Below, in pieces: positions 43,505-55,100 of a stretch of DNA of 64,000 nt. Below the pieces are notes generated by a model. That model was given only the letters and a program-made list of their open reading frames with translations. It did no database searches and was not told the origin of the DNA. The DNA is from a virus (taxonomy: Duplodnaviria; Caudoviricetes). Position numbers and translations under genes: made by a program. Positions within the stretch are counted from its first letter, which is position 1; each line of letters begins with the position of its first letter. Location of the stretch: positions 2,516 to 66,515 of IMG/VR virus record IMGVR_UViG_3300025449_000001; one strand, given 5' to 3'.

Positions 43505-44020
43505 ATGCAGTCAAACAAAGTAAAAGTTGTAACTGGTAAAGTACGTTTTTCATATGCTAATGTGTTTGTTCCAAAAGCAGCAATGGAAGGTAGCACACCA
43601 AAGTATTCTGTATCAATTCTGATCCCAAAATCAGATAAAGAAGGTGTTGCTAAACTTCAAAAAGCTTTTGAAGAATGTAAAACAAGTAATGCTGCATTCT
43701 TTGGTGGTGCTGTACCAAAGTTGTTAAAAGGTGGTTTACGTGATGGTGATGCTGAACGTGAAGATGAGGCATATGCTGGTCATTATTTTATCAATGCCAA
43801 CTCAGCACAAAAGCCTGAGATTGTAGATGCACAACGTGAAGAGTTGTTTGACCAAAGCGAGTTTTATAGTGGTTGCTATGGCCGTGCTTCCATCACTTTC
43901 TATCCATACAATGCACAAGGTTCTAAGGGTATTGCATGTGGTTTAAATAACTTGCAAAAGTTGGAAGATGGTGAAAAGTTAGGTGGTGGTTCTTCTGCAG
44001 CATCTGATTTCGCAGACTAA
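43505..44020 (+). CDS. ssb: DUF2815 single-stranded DNA-binding protein (Enc34 type)
   Basis: VRFSYANVF..KYSVSILIPK..LRDGD..YSGCYGRAS..GLNNLQKLEDGEKL..DF. Confidence 0.88.
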   Translation: MQSNKVKVVTGKVRFSYANVFVPKAAMEGSTPKYSVSILIPKSDKEGVAKLQKAFEECKTSNAAFFGGAVPKLLKGGLRDGDAEREDEAYAGHYFINANSAQKPEIVDAQREELFDQSEFYSGCYGRASITFYPYNAQGSKGIACGLNNLQKLEDGEKLGGGSSAASDFAD

Positions 44021-44256
44021 GTTGTAACACGGCTTAGGGTAACGGCCTAAGTTCTTTGTAGTAATGGGTAAAATGTTTATTGGAGCGCTGAAAAACCTTA
44101 GCGATGAGAGATTGAAGCCGAGTCGTGGCTAAAGCACCTGCCATTTAAGCAACCGCCGACGGGTAGTAATAAACAAAGTAGCCCACCTTGTAGCACGGGG
44201 AGTGTCCGTAGAAACTGCGGCCTCCCTTTTTTATCAACCCAAACCGAGAATAATAA

Positions 44257-46131
44257 ATGGATCAATACAGACAATATATAGCCGCTAGTCGCTATGCAAG
44301 ATTCCTTGACGAAAAAGGAAGACGTGAAACTTGGGAAGAAACTGTTCAAAGATATATAAATTATGTGTTTGACAGAACATCGGCAATTAAAAATAATATT
44401 GAATTGAAAGAAGAGTTATATAATGCCATATTAAAAATGGAATGTGTACCTTCAATGCGCGCAGTAATGACTGCGGGAAAGGCTGCAGATCGTGATAACA
44501 CCAGTATCTACAATTGCTCGTATTTACCAGTCGATGACCCAAAATCGTTCGACGAAGCTATGTACATCTTGCTCTGCGGTACTGGCGTCGGATTCTCAGT
44601 TGAGTCAAAATACATCAATCAATTGCCCGAAGTGCCAGACAACCTTTTTGCAAGCGAACACGCCATCAGAGTGCACGACTCTAAAGAAGGATGGGCAAAA
44701 GCCCTTCGACTTATCATTGCACACCTATATGCAGGCGAAATCCCAAAATGGGACACTTCTGGAGTTAGACCTGCCGGAGCACGACTCAAAACATTTGGTG
44801 GAAGAGCTTCAGGGCCGAAACCATTAGAAGATTTATTTGAATTTACAATTAACTTGTTTAAAAACGCAAAGGGTCGTAAGCTTCATTCATTAGAGTGCCA
44901 TGACTTAATGTGTAAAATTGGTGAGGTTGTAGTTGTGGGTGGCGTTCGCCGCTCGGCTATGATCTCATTATCAGACCTAGACGATGAAAGGATTCGACAT
45001 GCTAAAGCTGGTCCGTGGTGGGAAACTGCACCTCACCGTGCACTCGCAAATAATAGCGCGGTTTATAATGAAACACCTACCGTTGGAAAGTTTATGGAAG
45101 AGTGGTTATCTTTATACAATTCACATAGCGGAGAAAGAGGGATATTCAACCGTGAGGCTGCAAAAAAAACCGTGGAAAAATACTCTCACCGTAATCCTAA
45201 CTTTGAATTCGGAACTAACCCCTGCTCAGAAATCATTCTTCGACCATACCAATTTTGTAATCTTACGGAGGTAGTAATTAGACATGACGACACAAGAGAA
45301 ACTCTCCTGCGCAAGGTGCGGCTCGCAGCTATCCTTGGCACCATCCAAGCCACTTTTACAAAGTTCCCCTATCTGCGGAAGGTGTGGCAGAGAAATACTG
45401 AAGATGAACGGCTTTTGGGTGTCTCCCTCACTGGCATTTATGACAACAAACTCACCTGCACCCAAGGAGGACAATTAAATGTACTACTCGAAGAGCTCAG
45501 AGAAGAGGCTAGACGAACAAACGAAGAATTTGCTGGACTGCTTGGAATCCCTGTATCAGCTGCAATTACATGTGTTAAGCCATCGGGCACAGTTTCACAA
45601 CTTGTCGACTCGGCATCGGGGATTCACCCGAGACATTCTAAGTATTATATCCGACGAGTGCGAGGAGATTCAAAAGACCCTCTCACCCAATTCTTAATCC
45701 AACAAGGCATACCCAATGAACCATGTGTTTATAAACCCGAACAAACAACCGTATTCTCTTTCCCCCAACGAGCGCCTGACGGACTCACTCGAGAGGACGT
45801 TGATTCAATATCACACCTCGAATTATGGCTCACCTACCAGCGTAAATTTACAGAACATAAACCTTCGATTACTGTTTCAGTGGAAGAAAAAGATTGGCCT
45901 AAAGTTGGTGCATGGGTGTGGGAAAATTTTAATGAACTCTCTGGAGTCTCTTTTCTTCCTTATTCAGAGCATAGTTATAGACAAGCACCTTATGAACAGT
46001 GTACTGAAGAAGAGTATTTGGCATTAAAAGCTCAAGTACCAATAATTGATTGGATATTGTTTAAAGAAGAAACTGACAATGTGGAAGGAAGTCAAATGCT
46101 CGCTTGTGTTGCTGGAGTCTGTGAAATATAG
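44257..46131 (+). CDS. nrdJ: Class II (B12-dependent) ribonucleotide reductase
   Basis: SRYAR..RRETW, YNCSY, TNPCSEI..CNLTE, TCVKPSGTVSQL, C-terminal CVAGVCEI; no NrdB partner gene. Confidence 0.9.
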   Translation: MDQYRQYIAASRYARFLDEKGRRETWEETVQRYINYVFDRTSAIKNNIELKEELYNAILKMECVPSMRAVMTAGKAADRDNTSIYNCSYLPVDDPKSFDEAMYILLCGTGVGFSVESKYINQLPEVPDNLFASEHAIRVHDSKEGWAKALRLIIAHLYAGEIPKWDTSGVRPAGARLKTFGGRASGPKPLEDLFEFTINLFKNAKGRKLHSLECHDLMCKIGEVVVVGGVRRSAMISLSDLDDERIRHAKAGPWWETAPHRALANNSAVYNETPTVGKFMEEWLSLYNSHSGERGIFNREAAKKTVEKYSHRNPNFEFGTNPCSEIILRPYQFCNLTEVVIRHDDTRETLLRKVRLAAILGTIQATFTKFPYLRKVWQRNTEDERLLGVSLTGIYDNKLTCTQGGQLNVLLEELREEARRTNEEFAGLLGIPVSAAITCVKPSGTVSQLVDSASGIHPRHSKYYIRRVRGDSKDPLTQFLIQQGIPNEPCVYKPEQTTVFSFPQRAPDGLTREDVDSISHLELWLTYQRKFTEHKPSITVSVEEKDWPKVGAWVWENFNELSGVSFLPYSEHSYRQAPYEQCTEEEYLALKAQVPIIDWILFKEETDNVEGSQMLACVAGVCEI

Positions 46132-46154
46132 TTTTTCCTTCGTGGTTGGGTTTT

Positions 46155-46179
46155 GGGGGCTTGCGAGCCCCCTTTTTTT
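46155..46179 (+). terminator. Intrinsic terminator
   Basis: GGGGGCT-TGCG-AGCCCCC-TTTTTTT. Confidence 0.85.
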
Positions 46180-46216
46180 ATGTTACACTGAACGCTAATA
46201 TAAAAAGGAACCGAAT

Positions 46217-48127
46217 ATGATTTACTCAATCGACTTTGAAACACGTAGCATTATCGACTTAACAGAACAGGGACTTGACGTATATGCCAATGACCCCAGC
46301 ACAGAGGTATTATGTGTTGCATTTGGTACATCGCCAGATGCCATAGGGCTTTATATACCTAGCAGAAAAACTCCGGGTGCTTTAGTGGAGCACGTCCGCA
46401 ACGGCGGCAAAATACAAGCATGGAACGCACTGTTTGAGTATGCTATTTGGAACTGTGTCTGTGTGCCAAAGTACGGCTGGCCACCACTAAAATTAAACCA
46501 AGTGATTGACAGTATGGCAATAGCCGCAGCAAATAACATACCACAATCTTTAGATGAAGCTGGTAAGTTTTTAAATGCTGAACATAAGAAAGATACAATA
46601 GGCGCTAAGTTAATTCAGAAACTGTGTAAGCCTAATAAGAAGGGTGAGTTTAATGATGACCCAGAACTTATGTCACAGTTGTTTGATTACTGTCAACAAG
46701 ACGTTCGTACTGAAATGTCCATCGTTTCAAAACTACGCCCGCTATCTGCTACAGAACAAGAAGTCTGGGAGTTAACACAGCGGATTAACCTGCGTGGTGT
46801 GCCAGTTGATCCAAAAGAACTCCAAAACGCCGTAAAAGCGGTTCAGAGCGCACAAAAAGAATTAGATGATGAGTTACTAGGACTGACAGGTTGTAAGCCG
46901 TCTGAACGCGCTAAATTGCTGAATTGGATTAACAGAAACAGTGCAGACAAATTAGATGATTTAACAGAAAAGACCGTTACAAAATGGTTGAACTGTGAAA
47001 TAGCACCAATCATTCGTAGGGTATTAGAATTAAGACAAGAAGGAAGCCAAACTAGCGTGGCTAAGTACGCTAAAATGTTGGAGATACAAAGAGATGGAAA
47101 AATACGAAATACGTTGGTCTACCATGGGGCGTCTACAGGTCGTTGGGCTAGTCGTGGTGGACTTAATTTACAGAATATCGCTAGGCCTAGCCTTGAGGAT
47201 GAACAAATTGAGGATGCAATACCAAGAGTCTTTAACCAAGGAGTTGGTACCATGCGAGAACTTAGTTCACTGGTGCGAAGTGCGATTAGGGCTCCTATGG
47301 AGCAGACCTTCGTTGATGTGGATTTTTCGTCCATCGAAAATAGGGTCGGAGTATGGCTTGCCGGACAAACAGACAAAATCGAACTCTTCAGAAAGGGACT
47401 AGATGAGTACAAAGTCTTTGCATCAGAAAATTTGTATCGAATACCATATGAAATTGTTTCAAGAGAACAGCGACAAATTGCCAAGTCCGCCGTCCTTGGT
47501 GCAATGTTTGGACAAGGAGCAACAGGACTTGTCAAATATGCTGAGGGCATGGGAGTTAGTCTATCAGAAGCGCAAGCAAAAGAGGCAGTAAACAAATACC
47601 GTGCGTCATATTTTAAAGTAAAAGATATGTGGTACGACTGCGAACAAGCCGCTAAGGATGCGATTAATGATCCAGGAAAGAGTTATTCCGTGGGTAAAAT
47701 TATGATTAAGGTGGAGAATAATGCACTGTGGATGAAACTACCCAGCAGTCGTCGTATCTGTTGGCAACGGCCACAAATCGAGGCTCAGTTGACACCATGG
47801 GGTGAGATGCGAGATTGTGTTACTGTTCATAGCCAAAATACTTACACCAGACAATGGGCAAGGAATGCTTTGATTGGTAGCAGTATTTTCCAATCCGCTG
47901 TTCAAGCTACCGCTAGGGATTTCTTGGCTAATGCTATGCTTAACCTCGAATTGGCTGGCTATGAGTTGGTGAATTCCGTACATGATGAAGTGCTCCTATT
48001 AGTAGAAGAACAAAACGCTGAAACTGCACTTGATGAAGTGGTCAATATAATGACCACTCCACCATCTTGGGCTCCAGGTTTTCCTTTAGCTGCCGAGGGC
48101 TGGCATGGAAAACGTTATAGGAAGTAA
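46217..48127 (+). CDS. polA: Family A DNA polymerase with 3'-5' exonuclease
   Basis: IDFET (ExoI), YCQQD (ExoIII), DFSSIE (A), RQIAKSAVLG (B), VHDE (C). Confidence 0.93.
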   Translation: MIYSIDFETRSIIDLTEQGLDVYANDPSTEVLCVAFGTSPDAIGLYIPSRKTPGALVEHVRNGGKIQAWNALFEYAIWNCVCVPKYGWPPLKLNQVIDSMAIAAANNIPQSLDEAGKFLNAEHKKDTIGAKLIQKLCKPNKKGEFNDDPELMSQLFDYCQQDVRTEMSIVSKLRPLSATEQEVWELTQRINLRGVPVDPKELQNAVKAVQSAQKELDDELLGLTGCKPSERAKLLNWINRNSADKLDDLTEKTVTKWLNCEIAPIIRRVLELRQEGSQTSVAKYAKMLEIQRDGKIRNTLVYHGASTGRWASRGGLNLQNIARPSLEDEQIEDAIPRVFNQGVGTMRELSSLVRSAIRAPMEQTFVDVDFSSIENRVGVWLAGQTDKIELFRKGLDEYKVFASENLYRIPYEIVSREQRQIAKSAVLGAMFGQGATGLVKYAEGMGVSLSEAQAKEAVNKYRASYFKVKDMWYDCEQAAKDAINDPGKSYSVGKIMIKVENNALWMKLPSSRRICWQRPQIEAQLTPWGEMRDCVTVHSQNTYTRQWARNALIGSSIFQSAVQATARDFLANAMLNLELAGYELVNSVHDEVLLLVEEQNAETALDEVVNIMTTPPSWAPGFPLAAEGWHGKRYRK

Positions 48128-49042
48128 TTACTTCTTTTTAACGGCGGCTAGTCCGCCTTTTTTATATTTTTTTGTTTCATTGGTAAGTGGTTCATTACGC
48201 TCACGTAAATAATTAACACCAGCCAATCCAAGTGCTGTTGGAACCGCAACTGGGGCTAATGGGGGATATAAAGACGCAGCACTTGCAACACCTTCTAACC
48301 CATGCAATAAGGCTCCAGTTTTGTCTCCTTGATTATATCGGTTATACGCCTCTGTACCAGCATATCCAGCACCAAAACCACCAGCCAATGGTCCTAAAAC
48401 TTTAGCAATAGGGGCGTAAGCACTTCCCATTTTACCGAGAACTTGTTTACCACCCTCGAACACACGATTCGATAGTTTTGCTTTTTCAGCGGCTTGGGCG
48501 GCAATTTTAGCATCTTCTGCTGCTTTTATTTCTTGAACTGTTTTTGGTGGAAGTGCAATTCCTGCTTGTGTTAAACTTCCTCCAGCCATTGGACCACCAC
48601 GACCAACAATTGCTTTTAATGCCTCAGCCGTATCTTCACTTGGTTTACCCATAAATGAACCGGCAAAATCAACACCTGTTACACCTTTAGTCCATTTAGT
48701 TGGTTTGACATCTTGTAATTTAATTTGTGCCTGTACTTCTGGTGATAGATTGACAAACTTTTTTAATAATTCATTTTCTGCTTGTGTTGCACCGTATTTT
48801 TTTATTCCTTTAAATGCAGCATATGGCAAACCAGCAATAATACCACCACCTAATTCTGCACCCGCACCAGCAACGCCGCCTAAAACTGGTGGTGTTGGCT
48901 CAAACTTTTCACCACTTAATGATTGAATGTGATCATAAATTTTTTGGGCATCAATTTTGGCTTGTTGATCACCTTTTTCAGCTAAATTATGTGCTTCTCT
49001 TAACTGATTATATAACTCATTTATTTGTTCGGTTTGTGCCAT
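48128..49042 (-). CDS. Putative internal virion / ejection protein
   Basis: A/G-rich with hydrophobic helices; last gene of the tail operon; ends YKKGG. Confidence 0.5.
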   Translation of the reverse strand: MAQTEQINELYNQLREAHNLAEKGDQQAKIDAQKIYDHIQSLSGEKFEPTPPVLGGVAGAGAELGGGIIAGLPYAAFKGIKKYGATQAENELLKKFVNLSPEVQAQIKLQDVKPTKWTKGVTGVDFAGSFMGKPSEDTAEALKAIVGRGGPMAGGSLTQAGIALPPKTVQEIKAAEDAKIAAQAAEKAKLSNRVFEGGKQVLGKMGSAYAPIAKVLGPLAGGFGAGYAGTEAYNRYNQGDKTGALLHGLEGVASAASLYPPLAPVAVPTALGLAGVNYLRERNEPLTNETKKYKKGGLAAVKKK

Positions 49043-51044
49043 ATCGGTTTTTCCAAGTATTTAATTCATCCTCTGAAGGTCCAGTATTTTGTTTTTTTTC
49101 ACCAAAGCCAATTTCGGATGACGACAATTCTGGAAAATGGCTTTTTAATCTTTCTTCTTTTTCTTTAAACACATTTTTAAACGCATCAGTTCTTTCAAAT
49201 TGACCATAATCGGCTTTTGAACCCCCATGATTTTGTTGATAATCGTCCCAAGCATTAATTAATTTCTCATGTGCTCTAAAATTTTCAGCATAAAGAATGG
49301 CAAAATATCTATTAGCCTCAGCAGGATTTTTAGATTGCAACCCACTTGCTTCTGTTGCGGCTTTTGTTTCTAAATCAGAAACGTTACCAGTTCCTTTAAA
49401 TACTGAACTTCTATATGCAAGTGCTAACCTATTTGCGGAAGATTCAAATATTTTACGATTTTTTATTTCATCTGGTGTTAGTTGTCTTTCTAAAAGTGGC
49501 TCAACATCTTTACCTGTTACAAATTTAATTCCTTCTGCTAGACTTCCAGTTAATTTGTTTCCATAAGTTATACCAACAGATTTTGGACTTTTATCTAATA
49601 TATTTAATGCTGTTCGAGCATCTTGTTGATTGCTAGAAATTTCATCTCTAGATTTTTCTAAAGCAGCACGACGTTTACCAGTTTCAACACCAGCTTCTTT
49701 TAATGCTGCATCAGTAAATTGTTTCCCTCTTTCTTTACTTTCTACAGTAGGAATTTCACCTTGTTCGGTAACTTGGCTAGGTTGTTTTGCTTTAATTTCT
49801 TCAATGTGCAAATGATTACCTCTTGAATTGCCAGTATTACCAGCCGCACCAATAATTGTTTCAGGTGAAATTGTGTCACCAGGTTTAACATTAACCTTAT
49901 TAAAATGTGCTAAACGATAATATTTACCGTCTGACCCACGAACAACTGCCGTGTTACCAAATCCACCAGATAACTCAGTTGGTGTAACTTCCATAACTTT
50001 ACCACCCATTATAGGTGACAATAATTGATGTGTTTTTGTCGTTACTGGAGTATTTGCAGCTAAAGGAATATCATATCCCGCATGTTGCTCTGTCTGACCA
50101 GTTTGTGGATTAATACGAGGACCAGGGCCACTTGAAACACCAGAAGGTAATGCACTAGGTTGTGGTGAAGGGGCTGCACTAGGTTGTTGTGGCTGAGGTG
50201 CACCAGATTCCTGTTGTTGCATAAAAGATGGTGTTATTTGTGTTTCACCAGATTGTGATCCTGATGTAATAATTTTTTTATTTGGTTCGTAAGCTAATGG
50301 GAAGTTTTGACGTAAAAGTAAACTTCTATATGGCTCTTTTTGTTTCATAATAAATTCATACGTTTTTGCTGTCTCAGAAAGTTTTTCACGATCAGCTAGT
50401 GCTCCATACATAGCATTACTATGTGTTGTAAGTTGTTTTTGTAAAAATGCTTGAGCTTCATCAGGTTTATTATCGTTTAATAATCTTAAAAATTCTTCTT
50501 TCGCTGGAGCAGTCATAAAACTAAGATTATCTCCACCAGCACTAGGTATGCCACCAGCACTAGGTGTGCCACCAGCACTAGGTATGCCACCAGCACTAGG
50601 TGTGCCACCAGCACTAGGTGTGCCACCAGCACTAGGAGCACCAATACCGCTTTTTAATGATTCTAAATTTCTTTTTGCGGCATTTTGGCTTGCACCAAAT
50701 GCCGCCATGTTTTGCATGATGTTGTATTTGTTAGCGCGGTCTTGCTCTTCTTGTTCTTGAATATTTCTAAATGCTGGTTGCTTGTCGTACTGAGTCCAAG
50801 CATGTGCTTTTTGTAAAGCATTTTGAAATTTATTCATAGGATTATCATACTCAGCCAGCATCTTTTGCATATTTTCAAGTATGCTCTTGCTGTCTTCAGC
50901 ACCCATAACGGTGCCTTTAGGTGCAGAGAAAGAACCTAATTGGCCTTTAGCACCAGGTTTATAAGTTACGGGAGTAGATACAGCTTGTGTATCTGTAGAT
51001 TCATCTTTTAATGTATCTAGTGGAGCAGTATTTTCGTTTGCCAT
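49017..51044 (-). CDS. Internal virion protein with M23 peptidase domain
   Basis: HAGYDI...GGFGN...LAH...GNTGNSRGNHLHIE (HxxxD and HxH zinc ligands). Confidence 0.85.
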   Translation of the reverse strand: MANENTAPLDTLKDESTDTQAVSTPVTYKPGAKGQLGSFSAPKGTVMGAEDSKSILENMQKMLAEYDNPMNKFQNALQKAHAWTQYDKQPAFRNIQEQEEQDRANKYNIMQNMAAFGASQNAAKRNLESLKSGIGAPSAGGTPSAGGTPSAGGIPSAGGTPSAGGIPSAGGDNLSFMTAPAKEEFLRLLNDNKPDEAQAFLQKQLTTHSNAMYGALADREKLSETAKTYEFIMKQKEPYRSLLLRQNFPLAYEPNKKIITSGSQSGETQITPSFMQQQESGAPQPQQPSAAPSPQPSALPSGVSSGPGPRINPQTGQTEQHAGYDIPLAANTPVTTKTHQLLSPIMGGKVMEVTPTELSGGFGNTAVVRGSDGKYYRLAHFNKVNVKPGDTISPETIIGAAGNTGNSRGNHLHIEEIKAKQPSQVTEQGEIPTVESKERGKQFTDAALKEAGVETGKRRAALEKSRDEISSNQQDARTALNILDKSPKSVGITYGNKLTGSLAEGIKFVTGKDVEPLLERQLTPDEIKNRKIFESSANRLALAYRSSVFKGTGNVSDLETKAATEASGLQSKNPAEANRYFAILYAENFRAHEKLINAWDDYQQNHGGSKADYGQFERTDAFKNVFKEKEERLKSHFPELSSSEIGFGEKKQNTGPSEDELNTWKNRYGTNRTNK

Positions 51045-51058
51045 ATTTTATTCCTTAA

Positions 51059-52135
51059 TTAACCTGCACCATAAGCATTAGGGTCATAAATAGAACCAGC
51101 TTGATTTGGATCAGTAGAAACCTCTCCCGTTGTTGGGTCTATTGTTGGTGCTGTTGCGTTTGAACCACCAGAAGATACAGAACCGCTAGTATCTATTAAA
51201 GTTCCAGATGGGGTATATGTTTGACCATTAAGAATATAGTTACCACTTCCGCTTGGGTCTAATGTTGCTCCTGCGGGAACGCCAGCGGGTAGTCCAGTAT
51301 TACCACCAAAAAAGTTTTTAATTGTAGGTAATAATCCTTGAACACCAGGAATATAGCCAGATGCACCTGGCGTACCAACACCGGATGTTCCAAAAAGTGT
51401 ATTTAATAAACTTGTACCAGCTGTAGGTATGTTTGATAACGAACCGAGCATAGACAAAGGCGACATTTGATTTTGTTGAGATACTGTAGTTGGTGCATTG
51501 ATTGAGTTAACTAGATTAGCGTAGTTTGTAGCACCTTGGAATGGTGCATTCATTTGTGCAGCACCAGTTGTTAATCCAGCTGTAACTCCTTGAGCACCAA
51601 CATTACCTTGACCAGTTGCAGCTTGTACACCTGTTTGTTGATTCTGTAACGCAGATTGCATTTGTTGTGCTTGGAGTTGTGATAGTGCATTTGCTTTTGC
51701 AGTATCCACTGCTGTTTGTCCACGCAAACTACCAAAATTACCAGAACCAATAGCACCAGCCTCAGTGCCAGATGTTAATGATGGTAACAACTGATTTAAC
51801 TGATTTTGTTGTGCAGCAAATAGACCACCCATTGCTGTATTTGTATTTGGTGTAACGTTTCCAGAAGTATCTGTAATCCACGGATTTGCTGCACCAGACG
51901 CAATGGTGTTTAAATTGGTGCTTGCTTGCGTAAATGGATTGCTATTACCTTGTAATGTATTAACAGCACCTTGTGCGGCAGTTTGCCCAAACGTAGGGGC
52001 ATTTGCCGCAGCACTACCAGCATTGCTGACAATGTTTTGTTGCGCTGTATCCATCCAAGATGGTAATGTGGTTTGAACTTGCTGGGTATCAGCAAGTAAA
52101 TTATTTAACCCTGAAGAAGACGTTGTTCCAGCCAT
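51059..52135 (-). CDS. Putative DNA ejection / pilot protein
   Basis: Q/G/A/N-rich; GxFGSLRGQ motif. Confidence 0.55.
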   Translation of the reverse strand: MAGTTSSSGLNNLLADTQQVQTTLPSWMDTAQQNIVSNAGSAAANAPTFGQTAAQGAVNTLQGNSNPFTQASTNLNTIASGAANPWITDTSGNVTPNTNTAMGGLFAAQQNQLNQLLPSLTSGTEAGAIGSGNFGSLRGQTAVDTAKANALSQLQAQQMQSALQNQQTGVQAATGQGNVGAQGVTAGLTTGAAQMNAPFQGATNYANLVNSINAPTTVSQQNQMSPLSMLGSLSNIPTAGTSLLNTLFGTSGVGTPGASGYIPGVQGLLPTIKNFFGGNTGLPAGVPAGATLDPSGSGNYILNGQTYTPSGTLIDTSGSVSSGGSNATAPTIDPTTGEVSTDPNQAGSIYDPNAYGAG

Positions 52136-55100
52136 TATACTCTCACTTTTTTCTTAGCTTCTAATAAATAACCTAACGCACCCTTGCTATCTGGGGGTAA
52201 ATGTTTTGCGTCATGTTTTTGTTTATGTGATCTAACTACTTTTAAAAATTCATCTAATACTTTAGCGCCACTATCATTACTACCATTACCTAAACTAGAT
52301 ACTACATCAGCAGGTATTACAAATTCGCCGTTTGCTAACATTGCTGGAATACTATCGCTAGTACCATCACCATCACCAGTTACATAGCGGTGTTTGATTG
52401 AATTTAAACCACCCTCGCTAAAGAACTGTGGGTTATGCCCCTCTGGTAATGTTCTATCTTGAAATGCCATTCCACCATCAGCAAACAATTCAGCACCATG
52501 CCAGTTTGTTAATTTAGGATGTTGCACAGTTTGACCATGCATTAATTTAGGTGCCATAGATAAATCACCACCCTCTGCTTTATGTATTATACCACCAGTT
52601 GCGGCATTTTGTATTTCCGCTAATTGATTTGGATTAGGCATTGGTTGTGCATATGTATCAACCGGTATGTTATAAGCATTTGCTAATGGCGAGGCAATTT
52701 GGTTACCTTTTATTAACGTTGCTTTCGGAGAAGTTTTTGACATATTATTTAGTGATGATTGTAAATTATTTACATTTCCAGTTAAGTTAGATACATTAGT
52801 GCCTAACGTATTAACTTGATTACTAACATTACTTTGTACATTATTAATTGCTGCGGTTAAACTAACACCCATAGCAACTTGACCAGCAACTGCTTGTTTT
52901 TGTGCTGAACTTAAACTAGACAACGCATCATTAGTTGCTTGTTGGTTAGCTTCATTTGTAGCTTGGTTTTGTTGTACCGTAGTTCCTAAATTTTGAATTG
53001 CACTTGTATTTGAAGTAATCCCTGCATTTGCATTGTTTAATCCTGTATTTAGATTGCCAACATCTTGACTGATTCCACCAACAGTTCCTTGAAGATTAGT
53101 TAATCCTGTGTTTAGATTTCCAACTTGTGTTCCTAATCCACCAATTTGACCTTGTAAATTAGTTTGTACGGCATCAATAGCATTGCCTAAAGTAGTTCCT
53201 TGATTTGCAATATCAATGGCTTGTTGCTTTTGTGCATCATTTAATTTTGCAAAATCAGATTGTTCTTGTGCCGTAGAATTTGCCAAAATAACATTGGTAG
53301 TGTTTTGATTTTGAGTTACCGTATTTGATAAATTGTTTACTTGACTACCAATGTTTGAAACATTCTGATTGGTTTGATTTAAGCCTTGTTGAACCATATT
53401 AATCGCAGTATTTGTATCAATACCTTGTTGTGTTAATTGATTAACAATGGCTTTTTGTGAATCAGACAAGTTAGATAATGCTGTATTCGTAGATGCTTGG
53501 TTAGTACTAACTGTGTTTGCAAGGTTAGCAACATTATTTGTAACAGCATCGATTGCTTGTTGTGTTGTTGCCCCTTGGTCAATTAATGCTTGGGCTTGTG
53601 CTTGTTGTTGTGTATTTAACGATGCTAATTGATTATTAATCGGTGTTAAATCTACTGCGGGTGTTGTAGGTGTAACTACATTGGTAGGTGTAGCTACATT
53701 GGTAGGTGTAACTACGTTGGTAGGTGTAACTACATTGGTAGGTGTAGCTACATTGGTAGGTGTAGCTACATTGGTAGGTGTAACTACGTTGGTAGGTGTA
53801 ACTACGTTAGTAGGTGTTGTGTTATCACTAGGTAAAGGAGGTAATGGTGGATTAGGGTTTATTGGAGGTCTATTGTCAGGCTGTTGTAACGGATCTTGCG
53901 GTATAAGTTCTTGATTTGTAGCATTAGTTTGTGTAACACTTGATAAAGGTGCAGTATTATCGTTTGATTCTGTGTTGTTTGAACTAGAAGATGAAGCATC
54001 AAGTGGGACTGATGAAATTAAATTTCCATCACTATCATAAGTATTAATAGTTCCATCGGGCATTGTTACAGTACCGTCAGGATTTAATGTACCAACGCCA
54101 GATGCAGACCCATTTGCGCCTAATGATGTTGTATCTCCAGATGGCAAATTAGAAATAGACACATTATCAGTTGTTGGTGCATTAAACGATGGTAAATTAC
54201 CTACTGTAGATGTAGGTGCATCACTAACAGTTCCTGTCGTATTTGCACTAGCCAATGTTCCTAAATTAGAACTTGCATTAGGTAGTGTTATTGGTGTTAA
54301 TACAGAAGCTAATAAAGGAGATGGTGTGCTTAAATCTAATGTAGTTTGTGGTGTTAAAGTATCTAAAGCGCCGCTAGGTAATGTAGTATTACTAACAATA
54401 TTTTGAGCGGTATTCACATCACCAGTTGCTAGTGCGTTAATAACATTTGTGTTACCGCTGTTAACAGCATTAATTAATTCTTGATTGCCGGTTGTTTGTG
54501 CAACATCCATAGCAGTTTGATTAGTTTGTGCAACAGCATCTAATGTACTAGTAGGTGTATCTGTAGTAGGTGTAGTAAATGTAGGTGTAGTAAATGTAGG
54601 TGCAGATTGTCCTAATGTTTGACTCTGTTGTATTGCTTTAGCCAAAGCATCATCTAAAGCCGATTGACCTGTATCTATTGGTGTTGTAGGTGTAGTAGTT
54701 GTAGGTGTAGGTGTAGTAAATGTAGGTGTAGTAAATGTAGGTGCAGATTGTCCTAATGATTGACTCTGTTGTATTGCTTTAGCCAAAGCATCATCTAAAG
54801 CCGATTGACCTGTATCTATTGGTTGAGAAGCCCCATTTGGTGAATAAGGCACATCATTTGTATAATCAGGTACTGATGGATTATTCAATAATGCATTTGC
54901 ACCCGTAGTTAATCCTGCACTTGCTAATGCACCACCTATAATATTTTGTGTTAAATTATTTGTATTTCCTGTTTTTAAAGCATTTGAAATTGTATTTACT
55001 GCGCTTTGTCCAGCAGATGCTAATGATGGGTCTAAATTTGGGTCTATAGTATTTAAAGCTTGAGTTGTAGTACCACCAATTAACCCTGATAATGCTCCTG

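Noticed and set aside
44060-44232. Cobalamin riboswitch or tRNA upstream of nrdJ
   Set aside because: No B12-box or other conserved riboswitch core, and no tRNA D/T-loop consensus was recognised.
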